From Paraphysomonas bandaiensis (lineage: Eukaryota; Protista; Chrysophyceae), in assembly GCA_965644295.1 (NCBI GenBank), contig CBFFRP010000108.1, positions 124,001 to 188,000 of the forward strand: a stretch of 64,000 bases of DNA. The letters run 5' to 3'. Both the position numbers and the translations under genes were made by a program. Of the stretch, positions 15,001 through 26,800 are shown one piece after another. The stretch's first letter is position 1, and every line of letters begins with the position of its first letter. Below the pieces are notes generated by a model. That model did no database searches and was not told the DNA's origin. It saw only the letters and a list, made by a program, of their open reading frames with translations.

Positions 15001-17528
15001 AGAAAATACGCTAGTGACTCCAAGAGAGGACGCTGACTCTGAATATAGTCAAAATCAAGACGCCACTGAGATAGATGTCTATTTAATAGTGAACTCCAAT
15101 GCACATACTGTTGAGGGGAAGACAGCCTTTTCTCGAGCATACTCACAATCGCAACATTGTCATTACAAAGCACTTCGAGATCTGTGCAGCTTGAATTAAG
15201 AATCGATTCTTCTGTAAATAACACATCGTTGCACTTTCGACGAAGTGGTTCAACATAGGAGTCGATGAAAGCAGTCGTTATTTCGGTTTTCCTGTTGATG
15301 TTCTCTATTTTTTTCACCACATCTAGCCAGGCCGACAGCATGCAATTCGAATGATCTAGAAACTTTGATGCTCGCAGCTGCGCTGTTAAAGAGGACATGC
15401 TATCAAAGTGAGCTAGAAGTTTCATTCGTTTTGCACATCGGATTCCGAATCGTACCCAGAAATATTGGTTGAAGGCCCCTTCAACGGCTACGCTATTAAA
15501 CAATCCATTCTTCGGGCTATCGAGCCGTACTTCTCCAAGCAGTTTTACTACAATTAATTCTACGACATGATTCAGTATTTCAGTGGAGTTGATATAACGC
15601 ATTTCGCGGCACATGATACTCACGTCATCGGCCAGAATTACTCTTGAATCAAGAAACAACCGGAGAAGGTCGAGGAACAAAGTGCTGTGTGCCGGCAATA
15701 GGGGGTGGTTGCAAGAGACAAGGGTGAGAAACCTAGTCCACTGTCGCTGATGCGTAGTCTCAGAGTTGAGAAATTTATGGAGAATAGCTCGAAGTTCAGT
15801 AGCTATTCGATCAGGTGTCATAAGCTGCGAATCAAAGGAAACCGCCACTTCAAAGGCATCTAGATAAGCTTTCAACTCCGCTTTGTCAATAGGCTTCTCC
15901 TGAAGATACCGCAGTAACGCCGTTGGGTCAGAATTGCCTAGAGTTCTCAGAAACTGAAACCAAGCTAGTACATCAACTATGTACATCCGCCCTTGTAGCA
16001 CGTGTGCTGTAGCGACCTCTAAGAATGCATCAAGATAACTTGCCAATTTCCCCTTCCTGCATATCTCATAGAGTTCCATGACGTCTTTCAACTGTCGCCG
16101 ATTGCCAATGAAGCGACAAAACTGCTGACGGAGGGCGTCTTGCAAGCAAGGCAGAGGGCCCGTAGTCGTAATGTTGTCGTAGCAGAGTACTAAAAGCTCT
16201 TCTAAGTCAAGAAGAGATCTTGTGGCAGGTGCACCGTGCTTCACAATGGCTTCAATATCCACTGATATTATGGCTGCAGGATTCCACTCTTTCGCTCGTT
16301 TTACCGCTTGATTCAGGTTCCGAATAAAGACTTGCACGGGGCCCGCTCCCATCTTGGAGAATGCGTCCTTGACCATCATGACTATTCCAGAGTGACAATC
16401 CACTTTCCTATCCAAGAGCGCATGGAATTGGACTAAAGGGACCAATTCATGGATGGTCTCCACGAGTTGTCCATCCAGTCTTGCTTGTACCTGTTGGTGT
16501 ATAAACGGCATGACGTAATCCCAGATACGTGGATGGTTGTGTACGAGAGCCAATCCCGTTGCATTCCATTGGTATAAAACTACAAAAAAATTTACGGTTG
16601 ATATTAAAAACTCGTTGAAGTAGTCTACCCAATGATGGAAATGCCTTTGTAAATATAGTGCAATCATTATCATGAGAGGAAAGTTAGATTCATTTCGTTG
16701 ATCTCTCAACAGTCGACATACGCTGATAGCATCCAGTCTCCAAGAGCTTAGGTTATCCAATAGATTAAGCACGTCATTTGCACTTTCATCAATAGTTCGA
16801 GACATCAGTTCAAGCAGTTGTCGCAATTGGCTGGATAAAGGCGGTAAATGCCGAGCCGATACTTTAGCAGAGATTCCCATGCAGGTGCAGTTTCTCCTTG
16901 CCAAGATAATTTGATTTCCAACGCTATAGGTTACTAGAATGACAGAAATAGTGACTGGTACGACCATCACGGCGTTCTCGTTGAGAAGCTGCACCCAGTC
17001 TTCAGTGGAGTACGACCACCACAATTTTGTAAAAGAATGTGTTTTACTCGGCAATTGAATCACAACACTTTTAGCGTGCTGATGCTTTTCACATGACCTT
17101 GCAACTTGTAATAAGTTTTGAATAAAAGTTGTGATGTCGGGACTATTGAAAACAGAAGTTTCCATTTGACAGGGAATAAATGCAATTGCGTTCTCAGCGT
17201 TTTTGGCGTTCCCATCAAAATCTTTAACCATCCAATTTTTCTGTCTTGATGTTTTTAAAGGACCTGCTTTCACAACACGGTCGCCAGGCAAACGACCGCT
17301 ACGATACTCTGTATTCGATGCTGACCCATAAGAAAATGTTATGGCATCGAGGCCTTCTTCGTTAAACATCGAGCCACATTTCTTCTCTCCAAATACATCA
17401 ATTTTTATAGGTATGGCGGGTAATTTTAACCTAGAAGGTGTCCTACAGAGTTCATTTAAGGTAAATGGAGACAACGTATAATAATTCTGTTGCATTGCAC
17501 CTGTTTTCGCTTGGATCAGTACCAACAT
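1..17528 (-). CDS. Giant RNF213/mysterin-like AAA+ ATPase with an inserted vWA domain, IQ and RGG motifs and C-terminal tandem CbbX/SpoVK-type AAA domains. Exons 17528-1433 and 1315-<1; at least 5,800 aa; 3' end lies outside the window.
   Basis: The 5380-aa ORF has RNF213-like motifs in the expected order: LTLDFVLKMLCI..CIMEGETGVSKT, FFDEVNT, IAACNP, YQVHPLPQSL, VSLRDV, ENIFMVVVC..PLMIVGPPGSSKT, YQCS..ST, MDEAGL, FVAISNHLLDAAKSNR, ESFYDLFNQ, PAPFLNRFEK. Splicing a phase-1 GT-AG intron (1432-1316) completes GNPGTG|KTT. The frame then stays open to base 1 through FIDEAY and a second FLGNPGTGKTT/IIDEAY/NPGL.RRF/NFGNAG unit. Confidence 0.9.
1316..1432 (-). other. 117-nt spliceosomal intron splitting the Walker A motif of the first CbbX-type AAA domain
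   Basis: ACAG|GTATT donor and TATAG|GTAAA acceptor on the minus strand; AT-rich interior; splicing restores GNPGTGKT in frame. Confidence 0.88.
11480..12027 (-). other. von Willebrand factor A domain with an intact MIDAS motif, within the giant AAA protein
   Basis: VVFVLDKSGSM (DxSxS), DKVGLIVFD, GGGTAMWGAI (MIDAS Thr), IVALTDG (MIDAS Asp). Confidence 0.88.
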
Positions 17529-18593
17529 GTACTGAGGAAGAGGTTTCCATCTGATTCATATGAGGATGATATCTTGCATCTTAAAGAGTTAGGGATCTGT
17601 GCTAAGATTTCTAGTGAGTTCAATAAGATTATATGATATCATGTTGTTATGATGTCTAGCTATCTGGATGCTGCATTGGATTGCATGCGGTATCTATTTC
17701 CAAAAATCCTAAAATAGGACAAAAGTGGATATCTTTCAAACCTGAAAAATCGGGATCCTCAGAAAAGTCTGGGCCCTCCACGAGCCGAGCCAAAAAACAG
17801 TCCTATATTACCAATATGATATAAGATAATTAACTTATTAACTACCTGAGGCCGTTCTTATGGTGGGTGAAACACATATACATACATGCCTATATTATTT
17901 TTGTGTCTCTTCTCTTTTTGATAGTAAAAAAAAGATTATTTTTGACCATGGAGTGGACAGAAATCATCTTACAGGCATACCATTGTGATATATTTGGAAC
18001 CTTGAGTCATAATTTTGTTACCATGAGTTGTACCAAACCTGCTCTATGTCGAGTAGGTTGAGCGCTTGTGTTGATTCTAACGATGTCCTTGAACCAATGC
18101 TTTACATCATGCCAATATGTCAACACATACTGTGCCATGCCAATATATATATGGCATGAAACCCCCCTTATCATAACAAACAGAGGGTTTTGTCTGTTTA
18201 TCCTAGAAAAAGGAGAATATTTCTACAAAAACTTGGGGTTTTATGAAAAAAAGTCAGTACCAAGCGAACGACAAAAAATTCTGTCACCATAAAGAGAGTG
18301 ATCACCATATATCGGTCACCAGAACTATACCAGTGGTATATGAACAAAAATACGAAAATACTGAGTATGAAAATTGGAACACCGGACAGAGTGATGTGGT
18401 ATACAGTGCTGTATATACACTACTCCTCTCCACTGCAGTTCCAGAGCGAGTACAGGAGCGTGAGTGAAGTGGAAGTGAGAAAGGTATATCTCATATCAAC
18501 CAATCGGAGAAGGTGTTCTCTATACACCAGCGAGAGAATGCGTATGTGAATATGAGAGTGAGGAGCTGATTGTATACATATACAGTAGCAGAT

Positions 18594-21544
18594 ATGCTCA
18601 ATCTCCGTGACCTCATTTATGGCACAAGTCAACCCTCTGAACCCGATATCGACACCCAGGACGATCAGACGGGTGATGGAGATGTTGAGAGTGATGAAGA
18701 GCCTCAGTACAGGTGAGAAGTGTGATTACAGGTGAATAGGCTGATAGATTATTGCAATAGGCCGTTAGGTCCGTTCTACTCTTCCACTCCTCGTATACGA
18801 AGAAAACACCTTCCTGATGTCTACTGGGAGTCACCACAGGTATGAGAAGGCCCTCCCCCCTCTCCTTTTCCTCACAATACATACAGGTGAAGTATCAACA
18901 CACTGCCCCTTTCTTTTTACCAGGACAGATGACATATTACCGATTCGGTCGACGGGAACAGGCGATACCTGTGACTCACAGGAGGATGGTAAGGGCTGCA
19001 TGGGAACAAGCTCTGCATGGTGGAGATGTCAAGTCAGCTGTGCAAGTAGGTTATGATGATATCGATCCATTTTGGGTGTTGACTGTGATGTAAGGTCCTC
19101 AAAGTGATGCTCCGAATTGAATCAGTGGAGTATGCAGATTTCTACAAATTCGTAACTGTATTGCGAGAGAGACATGGTAAGCTTTCATCGGCTCACTTTG
19201 CGTCACCGTATAATGATGTTAATGTTGCTTTGCACAGGTGTAACTGTATCGGAAATTGGCCTCATCGCAAGTACGGCTATAAAACTCAAACTGCATCCTG
19301 CACGTCGCGCGGCTACTGCACGAGCTGTGTTGGAAATGTTTGTGGAGCTCTTATCTGCCACATCGTCACCCACAGATGGTCTCTTGTCGCAAGGCGCTGA
19401 GCGTGCGATTGATTTATTGAACCGGTACCTTACCACGCGGGAAATGCATGGTGATGGAACACTCCTTGCGCTGCTTGGTGTGCTTCATGTATCTCGGGTG
19501 GTGGAGGCGGCATTGATTGTTGACTCTATATCTCCCAGCCTTCCTGATGTTGCTCGGAATCCATTCCTCTATAGTCGCTGTGTGCATACGTTACAGCGGT
19601 ACTGTGCACTCTACTCCATGTACGTCATTTCCCCTTCTTCTTCTCTTTTAATATATGTGCAGCCGTGTTGGAGAGGATCGGAGGCAGGAATTTAGACGAG
19701 TGCTGCAGGAAGCTGAAACACATCTGACAAGAGCTGCTAAGGTGGAGGATAACGGTCATATTCTAGATCTAATGGCTCTTTATGCTGCTTACATGCACAT
19801 TGCCCGTGATTCGACCGAGGTGTGGGCGGTTTTGAATATTCATGTCCGACGCTATTTAACTTACTGGTAGGCGGATAGCTTGACGACAGACATGGCCACT
19901 ATGTCCGATCATGGCCGGCATTTACGCCTTCTCTACCTCGTCACTTGTCGTCCAGATGAAGATAGAGAAGTTTTGGAAGCAGCACGGCATGCATTACTAC
20001 ATGACAGCAGCAAGTTAGTATGCCCTTTGCGTCGTGCTCTGGCCTGTGTGCATTTGCATCGTTTAGGAGCACTCACTGACGCCGAGTTAGTGGCTGTGCT
20101 CTGTTCCTGTCTAGAGTCCTCTCCACCGTCACTGAAATCCGGTAAAGTCGGTAAGATGCAGTGTGGATTGGGGCCACTCCAACACTCTCTGTGGAAGCAT
20201 CTCGCCCACCTTTTGGGCCCCTTATCTGTGACTGACAATGAAAGGCCACTCTCAACCGCCAGCACTGCAGGCAAGCGCATATCATCCGATGCACTTATGG
20301 CAACTCTAACCCCGGCTAACCGCAAGAGAGCATTTGACGCACTTTATGGGAGTAATGGCTCATGCTCTTCAGGTATCAGAGAATCTCTTGTGATGGGTTC
20401 CTTACGGGATGACAACATCAACATCGATTCCTTTAGAGCAAGGGAATACTCTCTGGAGCTGAGCGGCGTGTATGCTGGAGAAGAAATTTCTACTGCTGCC
20501 GATGATACATGTTCTCCCTCTGATGCAGGCGATACCCCACCTGATGGTGCTAGTCATGTTGCAAGTGTCTCATCTCATAATCCTATTGATGATGCCCCTT
20601 CTGTTGATAGTAATGCAAAAGAGGAAATGGCTACCGTGGCATATATACGGGAGAGTCGAAGCTGGTGGGTAAGCAGTGGGTATATCTTTTCCGCACCTTT
20701 TATTGGGGATGAGTTTCCGTGGAGTGTGCTGAGTTGCACCACAGAAGCTATGGAGAAGTCGGCTGTTGCTCGTCATACAACGCGCGATCGTGACCAATTG
20801 GATGATTGTTCACGTGTGAATATATGGTCGGCGGAAGTGGCGAATATGTGTGGGGAAGGTCTAGAGGTGGGGGATGGTGGTCCATGTTCTCGAGAAGGCA
20901 CACAGCGTACGGACGGTGCGGCCAATAGTGAAAGTAGTAGTGTTGAAGGAGAGCCGAGTGCTGAGTTAGAGAGTACCAGTATTGGAGAAAGGGATTTGTT
21001 TTTGGCATTCATTCACTGGTGTCAGGAGGGCTTTCCTCTCCCCCCTCAGCACCAAACTCTTTTAGATCAACGACCGGAATCTCTGTCAGCGTTTGCAGTT
21101 AGGAAGCGGTCATATGACTTGGAGGGGTCATCACCCCACTGGCGACCCTGGTTTAAACGCAGATACACAAACCTTGCGACACTGATGCGTAGAGTAGCGT
21201 CCATGGACAAACTCTTATACCTGGAAGCAGGGAAGGGACTACTGGAGACTCTGTGTTATCAGGCTGTGGTGTGTAGCCACATAGCCGGGGATCAGGATGG
21301 AGTGTTCCAGTCCCGAGTGGCCCAACTGCTAGTACAGCACGGGGAAGGAAATGATGACGCCTTACGATGTGTAGCTTACTTGCGTAGTATGAATTTTGAC
21401 GTTGTGCGCGCAGTAAAAGTGGGAAATACACTCAAGGCTCATGGAGCTGACGTATATATACCTCCGCCTCAGATAACTCCGTTGCCACCAAATGAAGTGA
21501 TTTTGACGTCCAGTCCGTTGACGGCTTCATACCAGCCATTATGA
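18594..21544 (+). CDS. Multi-exon helical protein, possibly TAF1A/RRN11-like (RNA polymerase I TBP-associated factor A)
   Basis: Spliced by hand from ATG 18594 (MLNLRDLIYG...) through short GT-AG introns that join the ORF fragments at 18842, 19104, 19174, 19655 and 19880. LWKHLA, RESRSWW and LCYQAVVCSHIAG resemble recalled C-terminal TAF1A motifs. The gene is well supported; the family call is tentative. Confidence 0.5.
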
Positions 21545-22216
21545 AATGATTTAGTTAATTTTGTATATATTACTGTATTTGTTTGCGTAAGTAATGGGTT
21601 GATTTTGCTATCGTTTCAATGTTTTAATATCAAGGCCTCCCAAAAATTTCAAACACAGGGCAATACGTGATTAACTATTAATAACAAGCTACCACTACAG
21701 ACAAGCCTATGATATTAGATGCCTGAACGACAAACAACGATACGGTTAAAAATATGCTGGTCATGCCACGTTGGATACATTTGACTAGATATATACAAAA
21801 CCGTACATACAGTTGTACATTCTCTGCCACAAACACCTTGCATAGTTATGAAAATCATTATGAAAATATCTAATTCACCTGTTGAATGGCGACTAGGTGG
21901 CGGTTGCTCTCATCAGAGCGTTGCATCACATGTGAGTAACGAGGCCACACGCGAAAGGATGGTACGGCTTGCCAACTGATTCAACTCGTAAATATGATAC
22001 AAAGTCCTCCCGAAACCATGCATGAGAGTATTGAAATATATATCACACATTTGTTCCATATCCTGTTCACCGACTTAGTGTCGTATATTACACCTATACT
22101 TCCACATAACAGTTAAGGTACTCTACTCTCAATAAATTCTTATCAGCTGTGTACGTGGAGGTATATAAATGCAGCACACTCATCTAGATATCCATACGAT
22201 AGATATGCATGATTAT

Positions 22217-22293
22217 GTACTGCTGTGTACAGAACAGTACTGCTGTGTACAGAACAGTACTGCTGTGGATGTACTGCTGTGGATGTACTGCTG
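22217..22293. repeat. Short tandem repeat of GTACTGCTGT-core units upstream of the PhyH gene
   Basis: GTACTGCTGTGTACAGAACA x2, then GTACTGCTGTGGAT x2, then a partial unit. Confidence 0.8.
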
Positions 22294-22503
22294 CATCTAC
22301 CACAAACACACCATCAACTATACGAACGTAGATACGTATACGAGTGTACCCCAGTACAAGATGTGTCGCGGCGTACTTATCAACATATACGGATCTACAG
22401 GTACTGCTGTTGTATAGATGCACAAGTGTATGTATGATACATAACACAATGCACAATTAACCAAACTCAGAGCTCATAACATAATTATCAAGAGTCGTCT
22501 ACA

Positions 22504-23349
22504 ATGTGGAAAGGACGAAGTGCTGCAGATTATGCATCAGAGGTCCGAAATAACGGTTATACGATCTTAAGAGGCTTCATAGCCACACATCTTATAGACG
22601 ATATGGCACATGCATTTCAACCACTTATAGACACACGTATTGCAAGAGGACCCCCAGATAGAGGTCCTAGTCGGTATTATACTACTCTACCTTTCTCCCG
22701 TCCCTTTGCAGAGGAGTCCTTATATGCCCACCCCTTCCTGTTGCAAATCTTGAAGGATATTATTGGGGAAAACTGCGTTATGTGCCAACTAGCTGCAGAT
22801 ACACCCTTACTTGGTAGTACAAATCAACCCATTCATCGTGATGCTGCTGGGTTATTTGCTGACATACCTGGCTATGTGGAAACACCTCCTTATCAGCTTG
22901 CATTCAATTTTCCTTTGTGTGACATATTGGATACAAGTATTGGCCCCCTCGAGATATCTAAGAACACGCATATGCTGACATCTAAAGAGCAGGATGATCT
23001 TATTGCGTCAGGTAATATTGAGTTGGAGCCGGTGTTGATGAAAAAGGGTGATGCCTTAATTAGAGATGTTCGTGCTCTTCACAGAGGTACTCCCAACGTC
23101 ACTGAAACTCCTCGACCGATGGTGGTTATTGGCTATTCTTGCAAGTGGTTGCGCCGACCGGAAGTTGGGATTAGCATTCCACAAAGCAGTTATGATTCAA
23201 TGGGTTCAGCCGCTCGAAATTTACTCAGATTTGAGGCCGTCGTTCCGGATGATGCAGATATGCAGTACGATGGCGTTGAGAGATATGATGCTGCCGTTCT
23301 CACGCAGTCATCCGGCAAGAGTATAAATATTGCAGATAATGTCAGGTGA
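22504..23349 (+). CDS. Phytanoyl-CoA dioxygenase (PhyH) family Fe(II)/2-oxoglutarate dioxygenase, intronless
   Basis: 281-aa ORF with NGYTIL, QPIHRD (HxD), GPLE, KKGDALIRD.RALHRG.PN....RP (distal His and 2OG-binding Arg). Confidence 0.88.
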   Translation: MWKGRSAADYASEVRNNGYTILRGFIATHLIDDMAHAFQPLIDTRIARGPPDRGPSRYYTTLPFSRPFAEESLYAHPFLLQILKDIIGENCVMCQLAADTPLLGSTNQPIHRDAAGLFADIPGYVETPPYQLAFNFPLCDILDTSIGPLEISKNTHMLTSKEQDDLIASGNIELEPVLMKKGDALIRDVRALHRGTPNVTETPRPMVVIGYSCKWLRRPEVGISIPQSSYDSMGSAARNLLRFEAVVPDDADMQYDGVERYDAAVLTQSSGKSINIADNVR

Positions 23350-23875
23350 TGAGAAAGCGTTTAGTCTACTAATATTGTATAAAACATGACCAGCAAGTAT
23401 TGCTTGTGTTATTGGTTACTGTCGTTAATTTCAGTAAGTTGTATTATGAGTATATGTTCGACTTCATTGAAATTTTTTCAGACATCAGCGACAAATCAGA
23501 AATAAATAATGAGTGCATTACCCGACATATCTATTCTTCCAATACTTCTAAAAATATTGTCTGTCATTTATATTCGACTCAAGTCTTGCACAAACTCAGA
23601 GATATGGTACACCAGGCACTAGGTTCCCAACTCCTTTATTTTCGTGATGCGAGCACCTCATTGTAATCAGAAGCAATACAGAACACATACTTTTTTGTTA
23701 CCATGATGCTTATTGTGATGCTATAGTATCATGGTTTAAACAATTGTTGCAATATTATTATAGCTTTTGATTTTGTTTTGATGAAGCAAAATAAATCAAT
23801 ATACTCACTAATTCTTTCTCGTAAGTTTTCTACCTCACTATAATACAGTACTAGTCTATGATTCACAAAACACAA

Positions 23876-26800
23876 CTATCTCCGTATTGTAATTCCGCAT
23901 ACCGGCCGCCCCCCTCTACAATATCACTTAACAAATCGATGAATACTAAGGATTTGGTACCTGTTGTTACTAGCTGTGGCACCCTCTGCCTTCACAGATG
24001 GCACCTGAATTCCTAACTTGGGGAGCTGAGCTCCAGCTTCAGAACAGTCCAGTTCGGTATGAATAGTGTACTCCGGATAATGCACCAAAAACACCTCCCA
24101 CACAGACTTTGACGTTGCAGAAGTGTCTGATAAAAAGGATGGGTTGACCACTAAGTCCGTTGTATCAGGGCATGGGTCACCTTCCACTACTCCTGAGTAC
24201 ACTTCCAGGGTAGGTGTCGAGTCATGTACACGAGAAATGTAATGCGGAATATTTTGTTTGCACACGACTGCTAGGCGCACTGTGGCCAAGTCTAGCTCCC
24301 CTGTGATGACGGAGAGGCGGTGTACAACGGATTCAAACGTATCATCTTCACGGATGTAGCTCAAGCAAGGTCCAGAGTTTGACGGTACCGGTTTAGCAAA
24401 ATTCATATAGAGTTCAAATCTATGAACCGCCACAGGAAAAGAACGCATACGAACGCCCGCACATAGCGGAGCGCATCCAGTCATATTTTTCCACTCTTCT
24501 ACAGTCACGTACTGCACACCCAAACTATGAATAGGAAACGAAGCACAGTCAGAGCTAAAGTAATCAACCCAACTGCCAGGGAGTGTGTATAACTGTGAGG
24601 AAGACAATAAGATATTACCAACCTGATGGTTGAATATGGTGAACGCAATAATGGCTGGGTGAGACGTCATAGGTGAAATTTGCGACAGCTGTATCATTTT
24701 AAACCAAGGATATTCACGATAATCAAAAGCATCCATGTCTGTCCCAGATTCATTTTCAGTGGAAATAGCTGAAATCTTCGGTTTTACGTTCCTAACGTTC
24801 GCATCATGAATAGGGCGCTTTCCGCTGCAAATTTCGTTCTCGTCTTGTGAAAACTCACCAGTCATTTCCGTGTTGGATGCCACAAGATTTCCATGGTGCT
24901 GGATCTCATCCGTAAGACATATATGGTGCCTAACTATCCGTAAAAGGTCATCTAAATGCATCGCTGAATCAGCCGGAACACGAATATATATACGATTTAG
25001 AGAGACAAATTCATCGGGCACGGGGAGGACTCCAGATGGCCAAGTAATTTCTTTATATACTGGCGAGAGGTCCATTACAGTGCTGACATTGCGTGCCTTC
25101 AACTGCTCGGAGTATAGCGCTGCAGCCTGAGGAAAAATCCTTTCAGAAAGCCATGTCATACGTTCTGAACGCATTCGATCATCTACAAGAATAAATTCAA
25201 GTCCTCTTTGAGGTGTGTCAATGTCTACAATAGGGAACGGCACACATCCAATTTCTAGACTATATTTCTTCGATACCAGGGAGTTAATGAACTTCTCGAG
25301 GGTGCATCCTTTAATGCGAGCAGACACAAACATTGATTTGCCTACACTTGTCTTCGTTATTTTCCCAATCGACAGCCGGTGTTGATCTGGGAACTGCAGA
25401 AGCCTCGACACTTCACTCGAAATTTTCGTGCATGGAATATCCCTAGAAAGAATGATGCCATCGCCGTTAAAAAAAGAGTCATATATATCGTCGTTTTGCG
25501 GTATTCCGTGATGGAGAGCTTGTATCCATAAGCCTGTATTTCTCCTAAAGTATCCGCCAAAATATATATCTTTTTGAGGTTGAGTATGTACCAGTACTTT
25601 ATAGGCCTCAAATTTCAAATATTTTTTAAGTCTAATGAAAGGTGACTGGCCCATGTTTTTCATATCATCATCTGAGACATCTGAATGCCGTTCTCCGGGA
25701 AGACAGCCAATTATATCTCCGCTCTCCACATCCCAATTTTTTAAAGTCAACACTTCTCGGGTATTTATTTCCTCCACTTGAAGTGGAGATATCATGTTGA
25801 CTATATCTATGTCCTTCCAAGAAACGGGTACAGAATAACCAAATCTTTCAAATGCAGCCGCCACCATATCCTTTCCAGTCGCATGCAGCGTAGACATAGT
25901 ATCATTCTCCTGGAATATAGAATGTCCGATATAGATCAGTGGGACTGCAGTAGCGAAAGAAAGAAAGTTAGAATCAGCCGCGGTTCTCCCTAAGGGCGAG
26001 TGCGGAAGGGTGAATTTCTCATCAAACATCTTGAAGAATACTAAAACAGATGTTGTAGTGCTTTGATTTCTCGACTCCCTCAATGCATTCAAGAGATCGT
26101 GCTTTAATTCACCGAATTCTGCGTACAATTCATCATATATATCATGTGCAAGAATATTGAAGGGGGCTGTCCCTTTCCCAATACCGCAACCTTCAAATGG
26201 ATCAAATGATAGCTGCAAGTGCGGAGGACAGAAGGTTTGCGCAACAGTAGTTAGAATGTGTGACTCTTTTTCACGAATGGATTGAATCTTCTCAACTAGC
26301 ACAGGATCGTTATATTCATCAAACAGGTGAACAAAGTAGCATGGTGGTCGATGCTCATCAACGATATTAACAAGTTCTCCGATAGTCACTGGATTTTGCA
26401 CACGAAATAATCCTCCATCTAAATATTCTCCTCTCCATATCTCTATATTTAACAGCACATCACATATATCGAAAAACAAGAACAATTGATGTATAGAACA
26501 TAAATATCACATAGTGCGCGGTGATCGAGACGTACGGTTAATACCTATCATATCTGCACTAGTACCGAGTTCATCTGCAATGGCCAGCAATAGGCCGAGA
26601 TACAGGCCACCTCGTATGAACTTCAAAGACCTAACATTCTGATGGCTAAGGAAATCGTCTTCTGAAGTGAATTCATGGAACATCGAAATGTCTTCGTCAA
26701 GAAAATATTTCACTGAAACGAAGCTGTCAATATGTTTCTGCATTATTAGTTCCTCTAGTTTTTTCGTCCTCTCTTCTTCAAGCCGAAGGTTTAGTTCATG

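Noticed and set aside
22217-22293. CRISPR-like repeat array
   Set aside because: Eukaryotic context, very short units and no unique spacers.
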